Of a stretch of 64,000 bases of DNA, positions 22,075 through 31,510 are shown piece by piece. The stretch is from the IMG/VR virus record IMGVR_UViG_3300025288_001461; one strand, given 5' to 3'. Position numbers and translations under genes: made by a program. A model generated the notes under the pieces. The model saw nothing but the letters and a program-made list of their open reading frames with translations, was not told the origin of the DNA and did not search any database. Each line of letters begins with the position of its first letter. The first letter of the stretch is position 1. This DNA comes from a virus. Its lineage: Duplodnaviria > Heunggongvirae > Uroviricota > Caudoviricetes.

Positions 22075-22629
22075 TTAAGCAATCACATTTGCTTCTTTAT
22101 AAATCTTGTAAACTTCATCAATAGGTAAGCTATTAATAATCTTAGCTTCAGGATATTTCTTCATAACATGTGCATTTAGAATATCCACAGTATGAGTCGC
22201 TGAAATCTTCCATGTAAGAAGTTTACCATCTTTGCACTTAATAGTAACATTCTTTTTCAAATCAGCAGTAATTTTCTTAATCGTTAGAGCATCATTAACC
22301 ATATCATCAATTACGATGTCAGGACTTGTACTCATCTCAGGTGAATTACCACTAGCAGAAATTTTTGTTAGCTTCATTACTTCTGCATAAAAAATAGCCT
22401 CTTCTTCAGTGCCACCAAAGCTGTGTGGTTTATCGTCATAAGTAAGGGTGTGAACAGTAGCTTTAGTTTTGTGGTCAACCCAATGAAATTGAAGACCACC
22501 ACCCCATCCATCTTCTACAATCTCTGCTACCTTCTTGCCATTACGAAGTAGATTACATGAGTAACCATAACCATCATGACCACGAAACTTTTTGATGGCG
22601 CCGACAGTGTAATTAGATAGTTGGTTCAT
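22075..22629 (-). CDS. hypothetical protein (184 aa), GC-richer than its surroundings
   Basis: Intact ORF with its own terminator. Atypical composition suggests horizontal origin. Confidence 0.5.
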   Translation of the reverse strand: MNQLSNYTVGAIKKFRGHDGYGYSCNLLRNGKKVAEIVEDGWGGGLQFHWVDHKTKATVHTLTYDDKPHSFGGTEEEAIFYAEVMKLTKISASGNSPEMSTSPDIVIDDMVNDALTIKKITADLKKNVTIKCKDGKLLTWKISATHTVDILNAHVMKKYPEAKIINSLPIDEVYKIYKEANVIA

Positions 22630-22757
22630 TTAAATTTCCTTATTTGTTTACGATAGTAATTATTATAACATATTTTCTATCTTGAAGAAAAAAAAACTTT
22701 TTGCTTGAATCCAACAAGTTTATTTATTAAAAATTGTATGTCTAAAACACTATTAAA

Positions 22758-23513
22758 TTAATAACGATATTTTTTGAAATCTTTCAAACTTAATGCCTCT
22801 GTTAATTTATTAGTTAATCTATTCCAAAAATATTTTTTTACTAACTTTAAAAAAAACTTCTTTATTTCAATAAAAAACCCTTCATAATCATAACTAATTA
22901 CATCTAAAATTATGATTTCCATAAAATAATATCTATCGTATGAACGATGAAATTCAACATTAAAATAAAACGTTTCATCATCTTGCTTAAATGATTCCAT
23001 ATTATCATTAATTTTATTTATTTTTGGTTTTGATGTCTTTTCATCTTGTAAGGCCATCATATTACAAACAGAATCAAAACATTTAGTTTTTACTCCACAT
23101 ATATTTAGATTGGCAATATAATCCACTACATATTTACGACTATCTTCATCACAAAAAGCAAGACCAACATATCTTCTAAATGAACTACCGTGTCCTTCAC
23201 AAGATGAATATGTTAAATATCGTTTTTTATTCAATAATTCCACCAGCCCCTTTACCCCAGGTTCGATATTCATCCAAAATTTTTCTGCATATGGTGATAC
23301 AGAATGAGCATTTAATACTCCATTATCCATTTTAAAATAAATTCTACCATCACTCTGTTTTACATTATTTACAAAATGAGTTACATAATGTAAGTATTCT
23401 TCTGTAGAGGAAAACTTTAAAATTTGCTCCTGAAATACAAACTCCTTTTGTTGTTTGGCTTGTGTTGAATTAACAACTATTGGCATTGGTGAAAATATAT
23501 TATGTTGTCTCAT
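22758..23513 (-). CDS. hypothetical protein (251 aa), downstream partner of the helicase-nuclease
   Basis: 6-bp gap to the helicase stop; no motif recognised. Confidence 0.5.
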   Translation of the reverse strand: MRQHNIFSPMPIVVNSTQAKQQKEFVFQEQILKFSSTEEYLHYVTHFVNNVKQSDGRIYFKMDNGVLNAHSVSPYAEKFWMNIEPGVKGLVELLNKKRYLTYSSCEGHGSSFRRYVGLAFCDEDSRKYVVDYIANLNICGVKTKCFDSVCNMMALQDEKTSKPKINKINDNMESFKQDDETFYFNVEFHRSYDRYYFMEIIILDVISYDYEGFFIEIKKFFLKLVKKYFWNRLTNKLTEALSLKDFKKYRY

Positions 23514-23519
23514 GATTTT

Positions 23520-26500
23520 TTAATCACCTAACAAAGTATTTTTAATTTCATTTTTTAATCTCAATACTTCTTTTTCATACTTTTGGCTTGTTGTATTTAA
23601 TTTACCCTTTTCATACCAAGAATGATATGATGTATGAATAATTTCCCAACCAGCTTTTTCAAGTATATCTAATCTAGTGACATGATTTTTTGCATATTCG
23701 CTTGACTGAGTATTAGTATTAAATATTCCATTAACTTCTATTCCTAAAAACTTTTTGTTTTTCTGATTATAAATTACAAAACTTAATTCCTTTTGACCAC
23801 ATGAGGAAACTTGATTAAAGAGTTTAATATTATCTTTACATTCCTTTAATTCTTCCTTAATAACTTCTTTTATTAATGAAGCAAGAATACTCTCAAAATT
23901 TACTTTTGTTTTATTTTCAGTATATGTCCAACCAAGAATATTTTCTGATGCAACAGTTTTTTTACCCGAATAACCAAAATGCTGCAAATATCTATCATAC
24001 ATAGGTATTTTAGCTACATTACTATAGATAAATACTGTAAAAAATTTTGAACGACTTGATGCAACATTAAATCTATTTTCATTTGAATAATGACCATTAT
24101 TTCTTGAATCATCATCTGTTGTTGAGGAAAGAATTACAATATCAAATTCATCACCCTGCACTTCTTCTGGTGTGCCACAAAATAAACGATGCTTCTTAAT
24201 TTCATCTTCAGAAAATTCATCTAATAATTCTTTTATTAATTCAACCTGATCTCTTACTGCTGAAATAATTCCAATTGTTGGCTTTTTAGGAATAAAATTA
24301 TTTAATTTAATTTTTTCTTTGTATTCTTTATTTTTTTCTTCTGAAATAGGTTTTCCTATTAAGTATTTAATAACACTAATAACTTCTTCAGCTTCAATCT
24401 TATTCACTTTATTATCTTTGGAACCTGCAACCTTAATTCCAGAAAAGCATGAAACAAGACTCTTATCTGGAACCTCTGTCATTACTTTTAACTCATTTCC
24501 ATAAAACTCTTTATTGTTAAATGCTGTAAGACCAGGTAAAGATCTATAATGTTCATCCAATAAAACATATTTAAAGGTTTCTTTATTCTCTTCAGAACGA
24601 AGTAAATCTAAAATAGAAGATTTAGTAATCGTTAGATTTCTATAATTTGCAGTATCAAAATCCAAACCATCTGGCTTATATTTATTCCAAATTATTTTAT
24701 CAAACTTTTTACTCAAACTAAACGTCATGCCAGCTGCATTTAATCCCAATTGTTTATGGTCACCTATGATACATATATTTTTTGCACGATAAAACACAGG
24801 TAATATTTCTGCTAAATTTACTTGAGATGCTTCATCTACAATTACTAAATCAAACATTTCAGCTTGGTTTGGCAAAATTTCACCAATATTTCTAATTTCA
24901 GACAACCAGATAGGATAGGCATTTAATAATTTATCATAATTAATTTGTTCCATTTTTTCTAGAACCTTATCTCCCCTATTCCAATGTAGCATCTTTCCAA
25001 ATCTTTGAATTTCAGAATTTACTTCTTTATTCATAATACTAACATAAAGTTTTTTCTTATGGTATTGCTTAAATAGCACTTCTTGAATTCTATTTGTTTC
25101 TTGTCTTAAATTGACAATATCATATCTCATACTAGTAACAAATTGTGCTTCTGTTAGTTTATTTTTTAAAATTTCTGTATTTCCTAACTCCCAAGACAAA
25201 TCAAACCAATCTTTTAAAAATGTTGCACATAATCTATTCTTAACAAGATCAACAAAATTTACCTTATTTGTTAATTGGAATAACTCATTAAATTGTTCTT
25301 CCATTCTTAATAATTTAAGTTCATCAAACTTTGTAAAATATTGAAACTCATAATATTTATTTTCAATATTTATTACTTGTTTAATAAATGTTATATTTTG
25401 AGTTTTTAATGGCACAAGACCATCTGAAATACTTGAGTCGTATATTGGATTATTAAGAACAATATTTTTCTTTACTATAAACTCTTCATTTTTCTCATAA
25501 TATGAAGCACAATCATTTAGAGACAATGATAGTGTTTTAATTTTTTTATCTAAAACATTTAAGTATTGTTTTAATTTTTCTTCTGTTTTTGTAATATGTA
25601 AATTTAATAAATTCAAATCTTTAGAATCAGGCAACCCTTGATTACATAAGGCTAACAAATCATTTTTCAAGTCTACCTTAGAGTCTTTATTAAAATAAAT
25701 GAAAGGAACATTTAAATCTTCATCATAAAATCCACTAATTTTATTTTTAACAACTTCTAATGCATTATTCTTTTGAGCAACAACCAACACTTTTTTATTC
25801 ATTAAAAAGGCTGCTAAAATAATTCCTGATATAGTATGTGACTTACCTGTTCCTGGAGGTCCTTGAACATAAGAAATTCTAGAATTAAAGCAATTATTTA
25901 TTGCCTCTGTTTGATTTTTTGATATCTCCAGAGGTAATCTACTTTTAATTAATTCTGCATAATCAAATTGATTTAACTCTTCTTTTTTTTCAAAACCTTC
26001 AATATTAAAAACATTACTAAAAAACTCTTTTAAAACATAACTTTTAAAATCATTTTCCTTTATTTCTTCACAAAAAGAACTTAAATTTTTCCATGTTGAT
26101 ATAGCATCAGGAATATCAGCTATAAAAAAATGATATTTATCATGACGATAAAACCAATCTTTTTTATTAATAAATGCATCTTTATCCTTATAATCACAAA
26201 GTTCTTCATGAATTATATCTTTGTCTAAAAATTCAATAATAATATTATTATTTGTTTTTAATAAATCTTCTATAAATAGTTTAATTTCTTTTTCCAAGTC
26301 AATTAAACTAGTAATACTTTTTATTTTATCTTCAAATAAAGAAAGTGTATGTAAAATGTCTTGTGCTGTTGAATCCATGTCACTAACAAAATAATCTGGT
26401 AACAAAGAAGATATTAAATCATAATTTACTGACATTTCCTTATAATTTAATTGATACTTAACTGTGCCACCTAAAAAATCTTCTTGAGGAAATATAATTG

Positions 26501-26852
26501 GTATATTAACAATGGAACCAAAGACTCTTTTGTTAAAAGAGCCAACAATATAACCCACACCAAGATAAACCTGCCTATTAATTTCTTTTTTAATTTGTTG
26601 TAAGTAAGAAATAAAAGATTTTCCCTCTTTTGAATCTCTAGTAATCGTCTCTTTATCTATAAAAGAACGACTTACTTCACAAATATTGTTTTTTAAAACT
26701 TTAGAGAATTTTGGAATGAGACAACGATTCATGTCACCTGTTGCAGTTAAATTTTTACTCGTATCACGTAAATACTCAAAATAACTGAGTAAAGTAGTAT
26801 CTTTCATGTTATTCAATCTATATTCACTTCTGTAGATAAATAATCCAAACAT
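23520..26852 (-). CDS. SF1 (Upf1/DNA2-like, AAA_11/AAA_12) helicase with C-terminal Vsr/DUF559-like endonuclease domain
   Basis: Walker A VQGPPGTGKSHT, motif II VIVDEASQ, GDHKQLG, and a distal NRFNVASSRSK motif. The C-terminal ~90 aa (LGIEVNG … HVTRLDILEKAGWEIIH) match the DUF559/Vsr-like REase fold. The ~300-aa N-terminal region is unassigned. An alternative ATG at 26807 would remove the overlap with the upstream ORF. Confidence 0.8.
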   Translation of the reverse strand: MFGLFIYRSEYRLNNMKDTTLLSYFEYLRDTSKNLTATGDMNRCLIPKFSKVLKNNICEVSRSFIDKETITRDSKEGKSFISYLQQIKKEINRQVYLGVGYIVGSFNKRVFGSIVNIPIIFPQEDFLGGTVKYQLNYKEMSVNYDLISSLLPDYFVSDMDSTAQDILHTLSLFEDKIKSITSLIDLEKEIKLFIEDLLKTNNNIIIEFLDKDIIHEELCDYKDKDAFINKKDWFYRHDKYHFFIADIPDAISTWKNLSSFCEEIKENDFKSYVLKEFFSNVFNIEGFEKKEELNQFDYAELIKSRLPLEISKNQTEAINNCFNSRISYVQGPPGTGKSHTISGIILAAFLMNKKVLVVAQKNNALEVVKNKISGFYDEDLNVPFIYFNKDSKVDLKNDLLALCNQGLPDSKDLNLLNLHITKTEEKLKQYLNVLDKKIKTLSLSLNDCASYYEKNEEFIVKKNIVLNNPIYDSSISDGLVPLKTQNITFIKQVINIENKYYEFQYFTKFDELKLLRMEEQFNELFQLTNKVNFVDLVKNRLCATFLKDWFDLSWELGNTEILKNKLTEAQFVTSMRYDIVNLRQETNRIQEVLFKQYHKKKLYVSIMNKEVNSEIQRFGKMLHWNRGDKVLEKMEQINYDKLLNAYPIWLSEIRNIGEILPNQAEMFDLVIVDEASQVNLAEILPVFYRAKNICIIGDHKQLGLNAAGMTFSLSKKFDKIIWNKYKPDGLDFDTANYRNLTITKSSILDLLRSEENKETFKYVLLDEHYRSLPGLTAFNNKEFYGNELKVMTEVPDKSLVSCFSGIKVAGSKDNKVNKIEAEEVISVIKYLIGKPISEEKNKEYKEKIKLNNFIPKKPTIGIISAVRDQVELIKELLDEFSEDEIKKHRLFCGTPEEVQGDEFDIVILSSTTDDDSRNNGHYSNENRFNVASSRSKFFTVFIYSNVAKIPMYDRYLQHFGYSGKKTVASENILGWTYTENKTKVNFESILASLIKEVIKEELKECKDNIKLFNQVSSCGQKELSFVIYNQKNKKFLGIEVNGIFNTNTQSSEYAKNHVTRLDILEKAGWEIIHTSYHSWYEKGKLNTTSQKYEKEVLRLKNEIKNTLLGD

Positions 26853-27160
26853 TCTTTTATTTCAGATAAATCTTTCTTTATGTTTTCAGAAGACTTTTCC
26901 ATAAAAGATTTTTGATAATTAAGTTGCAATTTGTTTTCTTGTGTTGAATCTAGTATTTCTTTACTAATTACTTTAATTTGTTCTTCTATTTTTTCATCTG
27001 TTTTACGACGTGATTCTTCAATATTCATTACTAATTTATTTATTAATAATGAAAGGTCTTCTACTTTGTCATTAGATTTTGAAATCATTAACCAAATAAA
27101 AACAGTGATAACGATATTGGCAATTAAAGCCACAAGGATAATGATATTGATAATTTCCAT
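26813..27160 (-). CDS. small single-pass membrane / coiled-coil protein (115 aa) upstream of the helicase
   Basis: N-terminal TM helix (IIILVALIANIVITVFIWLMI) then a charged helical region. Overlaps or abuts the helicase start. Confidence 0.4.
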   Translation of the reverse strand: MEIINIIILVALIANIVITVFIWLMISKSNDKVEDLSLLINKLVMNIEESRRKTDEKIEEQIKVISKEILDSTQENKLQLNYQKSFMEKSSENIKKDLSEIKECLDYLSTEVNID

Positions 27161-27325
27161 AATTTTCTTTAAAATATAATTTATGCAATAACATAAGCGA
27201 AGAACCGAATATTGTCAACAACAAAAAGCTATTATCATTGCTAAAAAGAACCAAAAATGATTTTTTTAACTTTGTTATACCAAATATAAATAAAAGAATT
27301 CATAATTTCCATTTCATTAAATACA

Positions 27326-27348
27326 AAAAGACACCTAAGTGTCTTTTT
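27326..27348. terminator. Bidirectional rho-independent terminator (AAAAGACAC-CTAA-GTGTCTTTT)
   Basis: 9-bp stem with T-runs on both strands, just 3' of the tmRNA coding piece. Confidence 0.55.
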
Positions 27349-27661
27349 GTTCCATCTTTGGTTATAAGGCTCTGGAAGCCCCACGCATAGTCAGGTTCTT
27401 AAGCTGCTAAAGCGAATGTATCAGAATTTGCAGATACTAGTTTTGCTTGATTAACGGTCATCGCCTACCGTGCTGCCAATATCCCTTATTTACCCCGTCG
27501 AATCCTGGTCAGGCCCATCAAAAGAATTCTGGATTCACAAGCTCTAATTACTTTAGAATTTATCAAACCTCTTTTGGTGGACCTGGGCGGAATCGAACCG
27601 CCTTCCGAAACACTTCCGTTCAACTAGATTTACAGCAATCTCGTAATTATTTCTAATCACT
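27346..27661 (-). ncRNA. ssrA: tmRNA (ssrA), circularly permuted two-piece type
   Basis: Minus strand. The T-arm plus acceptor 3' strand plus CCA (GGCGGTTCGATTCCGCCCAGGTCCACCA, RC of 27575-27602) lies 5' of the tRNA-like 5' end (GGGCCUGACCAGGAUUCGACGGGG, RC of 27493-27516, with a G3:U wobble) and of the tag ORF (GCA AAT TCT GAT ACA TTC GCT TTA GCA GCT TAA = ANSDTFALAA*, RC of 27399-27431). Gene order acceptor piece → coding piece is the alphaproteobacterial permuted arrangement. Confidence 0.8.
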
Positions 27662-27667
27662 GATGTA

Positions 27668-27696
27668 ATTATAGTATAAATTCCACAAAAATGCAA
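27668..27696 (-). promoter_or_regulatory. Candidate sigma70 promoter for ssrA (-35 TTGCAT, 17 bp, -10 TATAAT)
   Basis: Read on the minus strand immediately upstream of the tmRNA precursor. Confidence 0.4.
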
Positions 27697-28100
27697 TAAT
27701 TTAAAAATTTTTTATTAAACTAACAAAAAAATAACAAATACTTTGTGAATCACACCTCCCTTTAGGTTGATGCTTCTGTGAGATTTCTCCCACTATCTTC
27801 TTTTGATTTAGCTAATTTATCTTTTTGGAGAAGTTCAGTAATGACCCCTAATTTATATTCACCATTTACTATAGTTTTAACTAACTTATAATTGATTGAC
27901 TTTGTTCTACCCCATAAAGATAAACATTATCTTTGCCTAATTTTACCAGGATAAGACGTAAGGCACCGAACTTCAGGTCGAAAGCTTCGCCAACCATTAC
28001 GGGGTTTGCGAAGCTTTTGCCGTAAACTACGATATTTTACACCACGAGAGGATAAAAAATGATATAATTCACTCATTATTATTAATATTGGGGTAATACC

Positions 28101-28349
28101 ATGAACAGTCTTTTCCGTAGTGCTTTATTTTTTTCATTTGGACTTATCACTAGTGACATTGTAATCTATTCAATGGGGAATTATGATTCTACTTTTTTTG
28201 CAGGAACACTTAAAACTGTTTTCTGTATTTTAGTTTTTGCTTTAATAAATTATAAACTTGTGAATAAAACCAATATAGAAACATTGAAAAACTTACAATC
28301 TAGTTTAAAGACCATTGAAGATAAATTAAATTTTTTCAAAAAAACTTAA
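28101..28349 (+). CDS. small membrane protein (82 aa)
   Basis: Two hydrophobic helices. Confidence 0.35.
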   Translation: MNSLFRSALFFSFGLITSDIVIYSMGNYDSTFFAGTLKTVFCILVFALINYKLVNKTNIETLKNLQSSLKTIEDKLNFFKKT

Positions 28350-28489
28350 ATTAAACATTTACATTTTATCAATATTTATTTACACTTAATACTTAATTAC
28401 TTATAGGAGGAATTGCATATGACTTCGCTAAACGCAATAAAGGGCAACCAGTAAAAACTATTGGTGGGCTTACGGGAAAATTTAAACGA

Positions 28490-28756
28490 ATGTGTGAAGT
28501 TTACAGAATCTTTTCAAAAGACTGGGAACACTTACATGATTACAGCGACCAATCTCTGATTGAATTATTTAATCATGAATCATATGGAACACCAGTATCA
28601 TCTAAAAATGGGTTTTCGCTTGGGAAAAAATGGTTAAATGTTCATGTAAAGATGTGGCATGAAGATATAAGGGATGGACTTCTATTTAAGTTTGAACTTT
28701 ATCAAGATCCAAAATTCCCACATTGGTGGCTAGATAGTATATTTAAAAATATTTAA
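28490..28756 (+). CDS. hypothetical protein (88 aa)
   Basis: Intact ORF, Trp/His-rich. Confidence 0.35.
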   Translation: MCEVYRIFSKDWEHLHDYSDQSLIELFNHESYGTPVSSKNGFSLGKKWLNVHVKMWHEDIRDGLLFKFELYQDPKFPHWWLDSIFKNI

Positions 28757-28881
28757 ACTTTATTTTAAAGCTCCAATTGTAGCTTTTTTAATAATTAAAT
28801 TCTTGACAAATTTAGATTAAAATCTTATCTTTTCATTCTAACCACAAGGTTATAAATTTATTATTTTAAAAAGAATTTTTT

Positions 28882-29991
28882 ATGACAATTGAAACTACAG
28901 CTAAAAAACCAACTATTTCTTCATTAAAAATTGAACTTGAAAATTTAAAAAATCAACTTCAATCTACCAACAATGAAAAAGATAAACTTCTTGGAGATAT
29001 TGAGGAAAAAAACTTCGCATTAGCTAAAAGCATGATGTCACAAAAAGCTTTTTTGGAACTATCTATTGCATATGGTAAAGAAATTGATAAATCTACCTTC
29101 CAGGTTAAAAAAGAAGGTTTTAATAAAGAACTAGAAGTTTTAAATAACCAACATGATCCATTGAACCAAACTAATTCAACTGAATTTCTTAATGAATATA
29201 AAGAAAAATTAATTAATTCTAACGAACAACTATTTGAATCTGATTTTTCTAGTTTCTTTTTGGCTAATAAAATTTATCCAATTAATGACATTCATCATTC
29301 ATCCTGGATTGATGCTATTGAGTATTGGATTTCCTTAGCTAAAGATGGAAACAAAGAGGCAGAACATAACCTAAGAATATGTTTTGATTATGAATATAGA
29401 ACTTTTGTTGAAAATCAACAAATTAAATATTCTAAAACCCAACAGTTATCTTCACCAAATGTTCAACAAGATATAAATTCCGAAGCTCCACCTATTTTTG
29501 ATGAAAGAATTCCTAAATATAAATCAGAACTTTATCAAAAATTATTTAAAGTTCATGTTGCTAGAGCATTACCAATTAAACATCTTGAAGAACTTAAGCA
29601 ATTAGCAACATACGAAAGTAACCTTAACCCAAACAATACAGATGAATTCTATGGAGCCGCATTGTGTTTACATTACTCTGAATTTAACTTTGAAGTTAGA
29701 AATGTTAAAAATTATGGTTCTTTTATAAGACCTGATAAAAGAGGTGATCTTTATTTAACTATTATCAACAACTCTGAATACTCACCTGAATTTACCATAA
29801 ATACTCTAGATGAGCATGGGAATATTAATAAAAAAGAAAAACACATTATTAATTTAGGTAAAACAATAGATATTCAATTATTAGCTAGTCAAAAAGTTGG
29901 AACAATAATTGATAGTATTGAATTTGAAACCTTAGGTAAAGAGCTAAACAAATTTTTAATTATTCCAACACAATCAATAGTAATAGAATAA
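28882..29991 (+). CDS. hypothetical protein (369 aa) with N-terminal coiled coil
   Basis: Intact ORF. Confidence 0.55.
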   Translation: MTIETTAKKPTISSLKIELENLKNQLQSTNNEKDKLLGDIEEKNFALAKSMMSQKAFLELSIAYGKEIDKSTFQVKKEGFNKELEVLNNQHDPLNQTNSTEFLNEYKEKLINSNEQLFESDFSSFFLANKIYPINDIHHSSWIDAIEYWISLAKDGNKEAEHNLRICFDYEYRTFVENQQIKYSKTQQLSSPNVQQDINSEAPPIFDERIPKYKSELYQKLFKVHVARALPIKHLEELKQLATYESNLNPNNTDEFYGAALCLHYSEFNFEVRNVKNYGSFIRPDKRGDLYLTIINNSEYSPEFTINTLDEHGNINKKEKHIINLGKTIDIQLLASQKVGTIIDSIEFETLGKELNKFLIIPTQSIVIE

Positions 29992-30261
29992 TTTTCAACA
30001 ATATAAACTCTACCTATGGAATATTTCAATAAAAAACTTAACGTGCATTACAGTCAAATTTTGGTGTTGTTTTCTTTAGGTCGGTGTGATTCACCTAAAT
30101 CATTCGCAATTAATTTTGTAATTTCAGAATTATTAAACTTATATTGAATTTGATTGCTAACTAAAATTGGCATACTTTTCTCCGATTGATTTAAGATTGG
30201 TTTATTATATCACATCTATATGCGATTTAATTTAATTAAAAATATAATCAATAAATTAAAT

Positions 30262-30672
30262 TTAAAAACTAGACTCATTAATATTAACAGCAACACCTAA
30301 AATAATTAATTCTTTTTCTTGTTCTTTTGAAATCTCAATCCCCTCATTCCAACCATAATGAGTAATACCATAATAAGCATCAGAATAATCTGCATCTTGG
30401 TCATTAAATTCACCACGAAGTCGTAACATTCTTTCTTTATAACATTCTACACCAATCAAAATATCATCTTCATCTTTTATTTCAATTGGTGAATCTAGAC
30501 TATCATTATTGCGATCAGTCCAAATACCACTCATTAATTCCTTATCAATGTAATTCATTATAATGGTATCATTTGCAGCTATAAAATATCCAACGATAGC
30601 CTCTTTACTATCTTTTTGAGAACAATGACGAATAAGAATAGAAAATAATTTCATAAAAACCTTTAAAATCAA
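30262..30672 (-). CDS. hypothetical protein (136 aa)
   Basis: Intact ORF. Confidence 0.5.
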   Translation of the reverse strand: MILKVFMKLFSILIRHCSQKDSKEAIVGYFIAANDTIIMNYIDKELMSGIWTDRNNDSLDSPIEIKDEDDILIGVECYKERMLRLRGEFNDQDADYSDAYYGITHYGWNEGIEISKEQEKELIILGVAVNINESSF

Positions 30673-30760
30673 TATTAATTATATTATATATTTAATACCC
30701 CCTTGCCAAACTATTTAAAAACATAGTATTATTACAAACTTAAGATTAGGGAAATGAATA

Positions 30761-31138
30761 ATGGAAAATAATAGAATTTATGTTTGTGAATGGGTTAAGA
30801 AAGATATTTCATTTTTAGAAAATGATGAATTTTTTTCTATTCTTCAAAATTATGACTATACCTACCATACAAGTCTTGAACAAGCTAAAGAAATTAGTTC
30901 TATGGGATGGAGAGGTTATGCATGGGCGAAGGGACACATTTATAATTCTGATGAACCAATTCAAGAGAAGCCACTTCATAAAAAAGTTCATTGTGAATGT
31001 ATTTGGATTTATGACGATAACTTTTCAATAGGTAGATATGTTCTACAAAGTAATCATTGGATTTATGATGCATACTGTCAACAGTGGCACAATAATTGGG
31101 AAGAAATGCTTTGTATTCCTGCCCCAATTATTGATTAA
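30761..31138 (+). CDS. hypothetical protein (125 aa), Cys/Trp/His-rich
   Basis: Intact ORF. Confidence 0.5.
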   Translation: MENNRIYVCEWVKKDISFLENDEFFSILQNYDYTYHTSLEQAKEISSMGWRGYAWAKGHIYNSDEPIQEKPLHKKVHCECIWIYDDNFSIGRYVLQSNHWIYDAYCQQWHNNWEEMLCIPAPIID

Positions 31139-31510
31139 TTTAAATTTCTTAAACTGAAATTTGCATAAAATTTATATTGCTAATCCAAAAAAAATGGTAG
31201 CAATCATAGGGATTAAAAATTGATTTGATTCATTATTATATTTTCCTCTTATAGTCCAATGTGATTCCAATTTATTTTTAATTTCATCAATTGATTCCTA
31301 TGATTGTGATGCTAAAAATTCGGCATCAGGATTTTTCACAATTTTTTCATATAACTCTTTTGTTTCCATAATTTTCTCCATTAATAATTAAACGATATAA
31401 CTTACTTAACATTCATTATGCTGACGATTTATTTAATTCCTTCATTAACTCGGCACTACCTTCTGACTTCATAAATTCCAACTCTCTAAAAAACATGTAT
31501 CCATATTTTA

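Noticed and set aside
24319-25344. Short plus ORFs 24319..24504 and 25111..25344
   Set aside because: Antisense within the helicase gene.
27447-27656. 69-aa plus-strand ORF from the track
   Set aside because: Lies entirely within the tmRNA gene on the opposite strand. GC-rich RNA genes often give spurious ORFs.
27346-27661. Reading the tmRNA as a standard one-piece gene, or on the plus strand
   Set aside because: The CCA/T-arm segment is 5' of the tag ORF on the only strand where both tRNA-like ends and an Ala-initiated tag ORF exist. Only the permuted arrangement is consistent.
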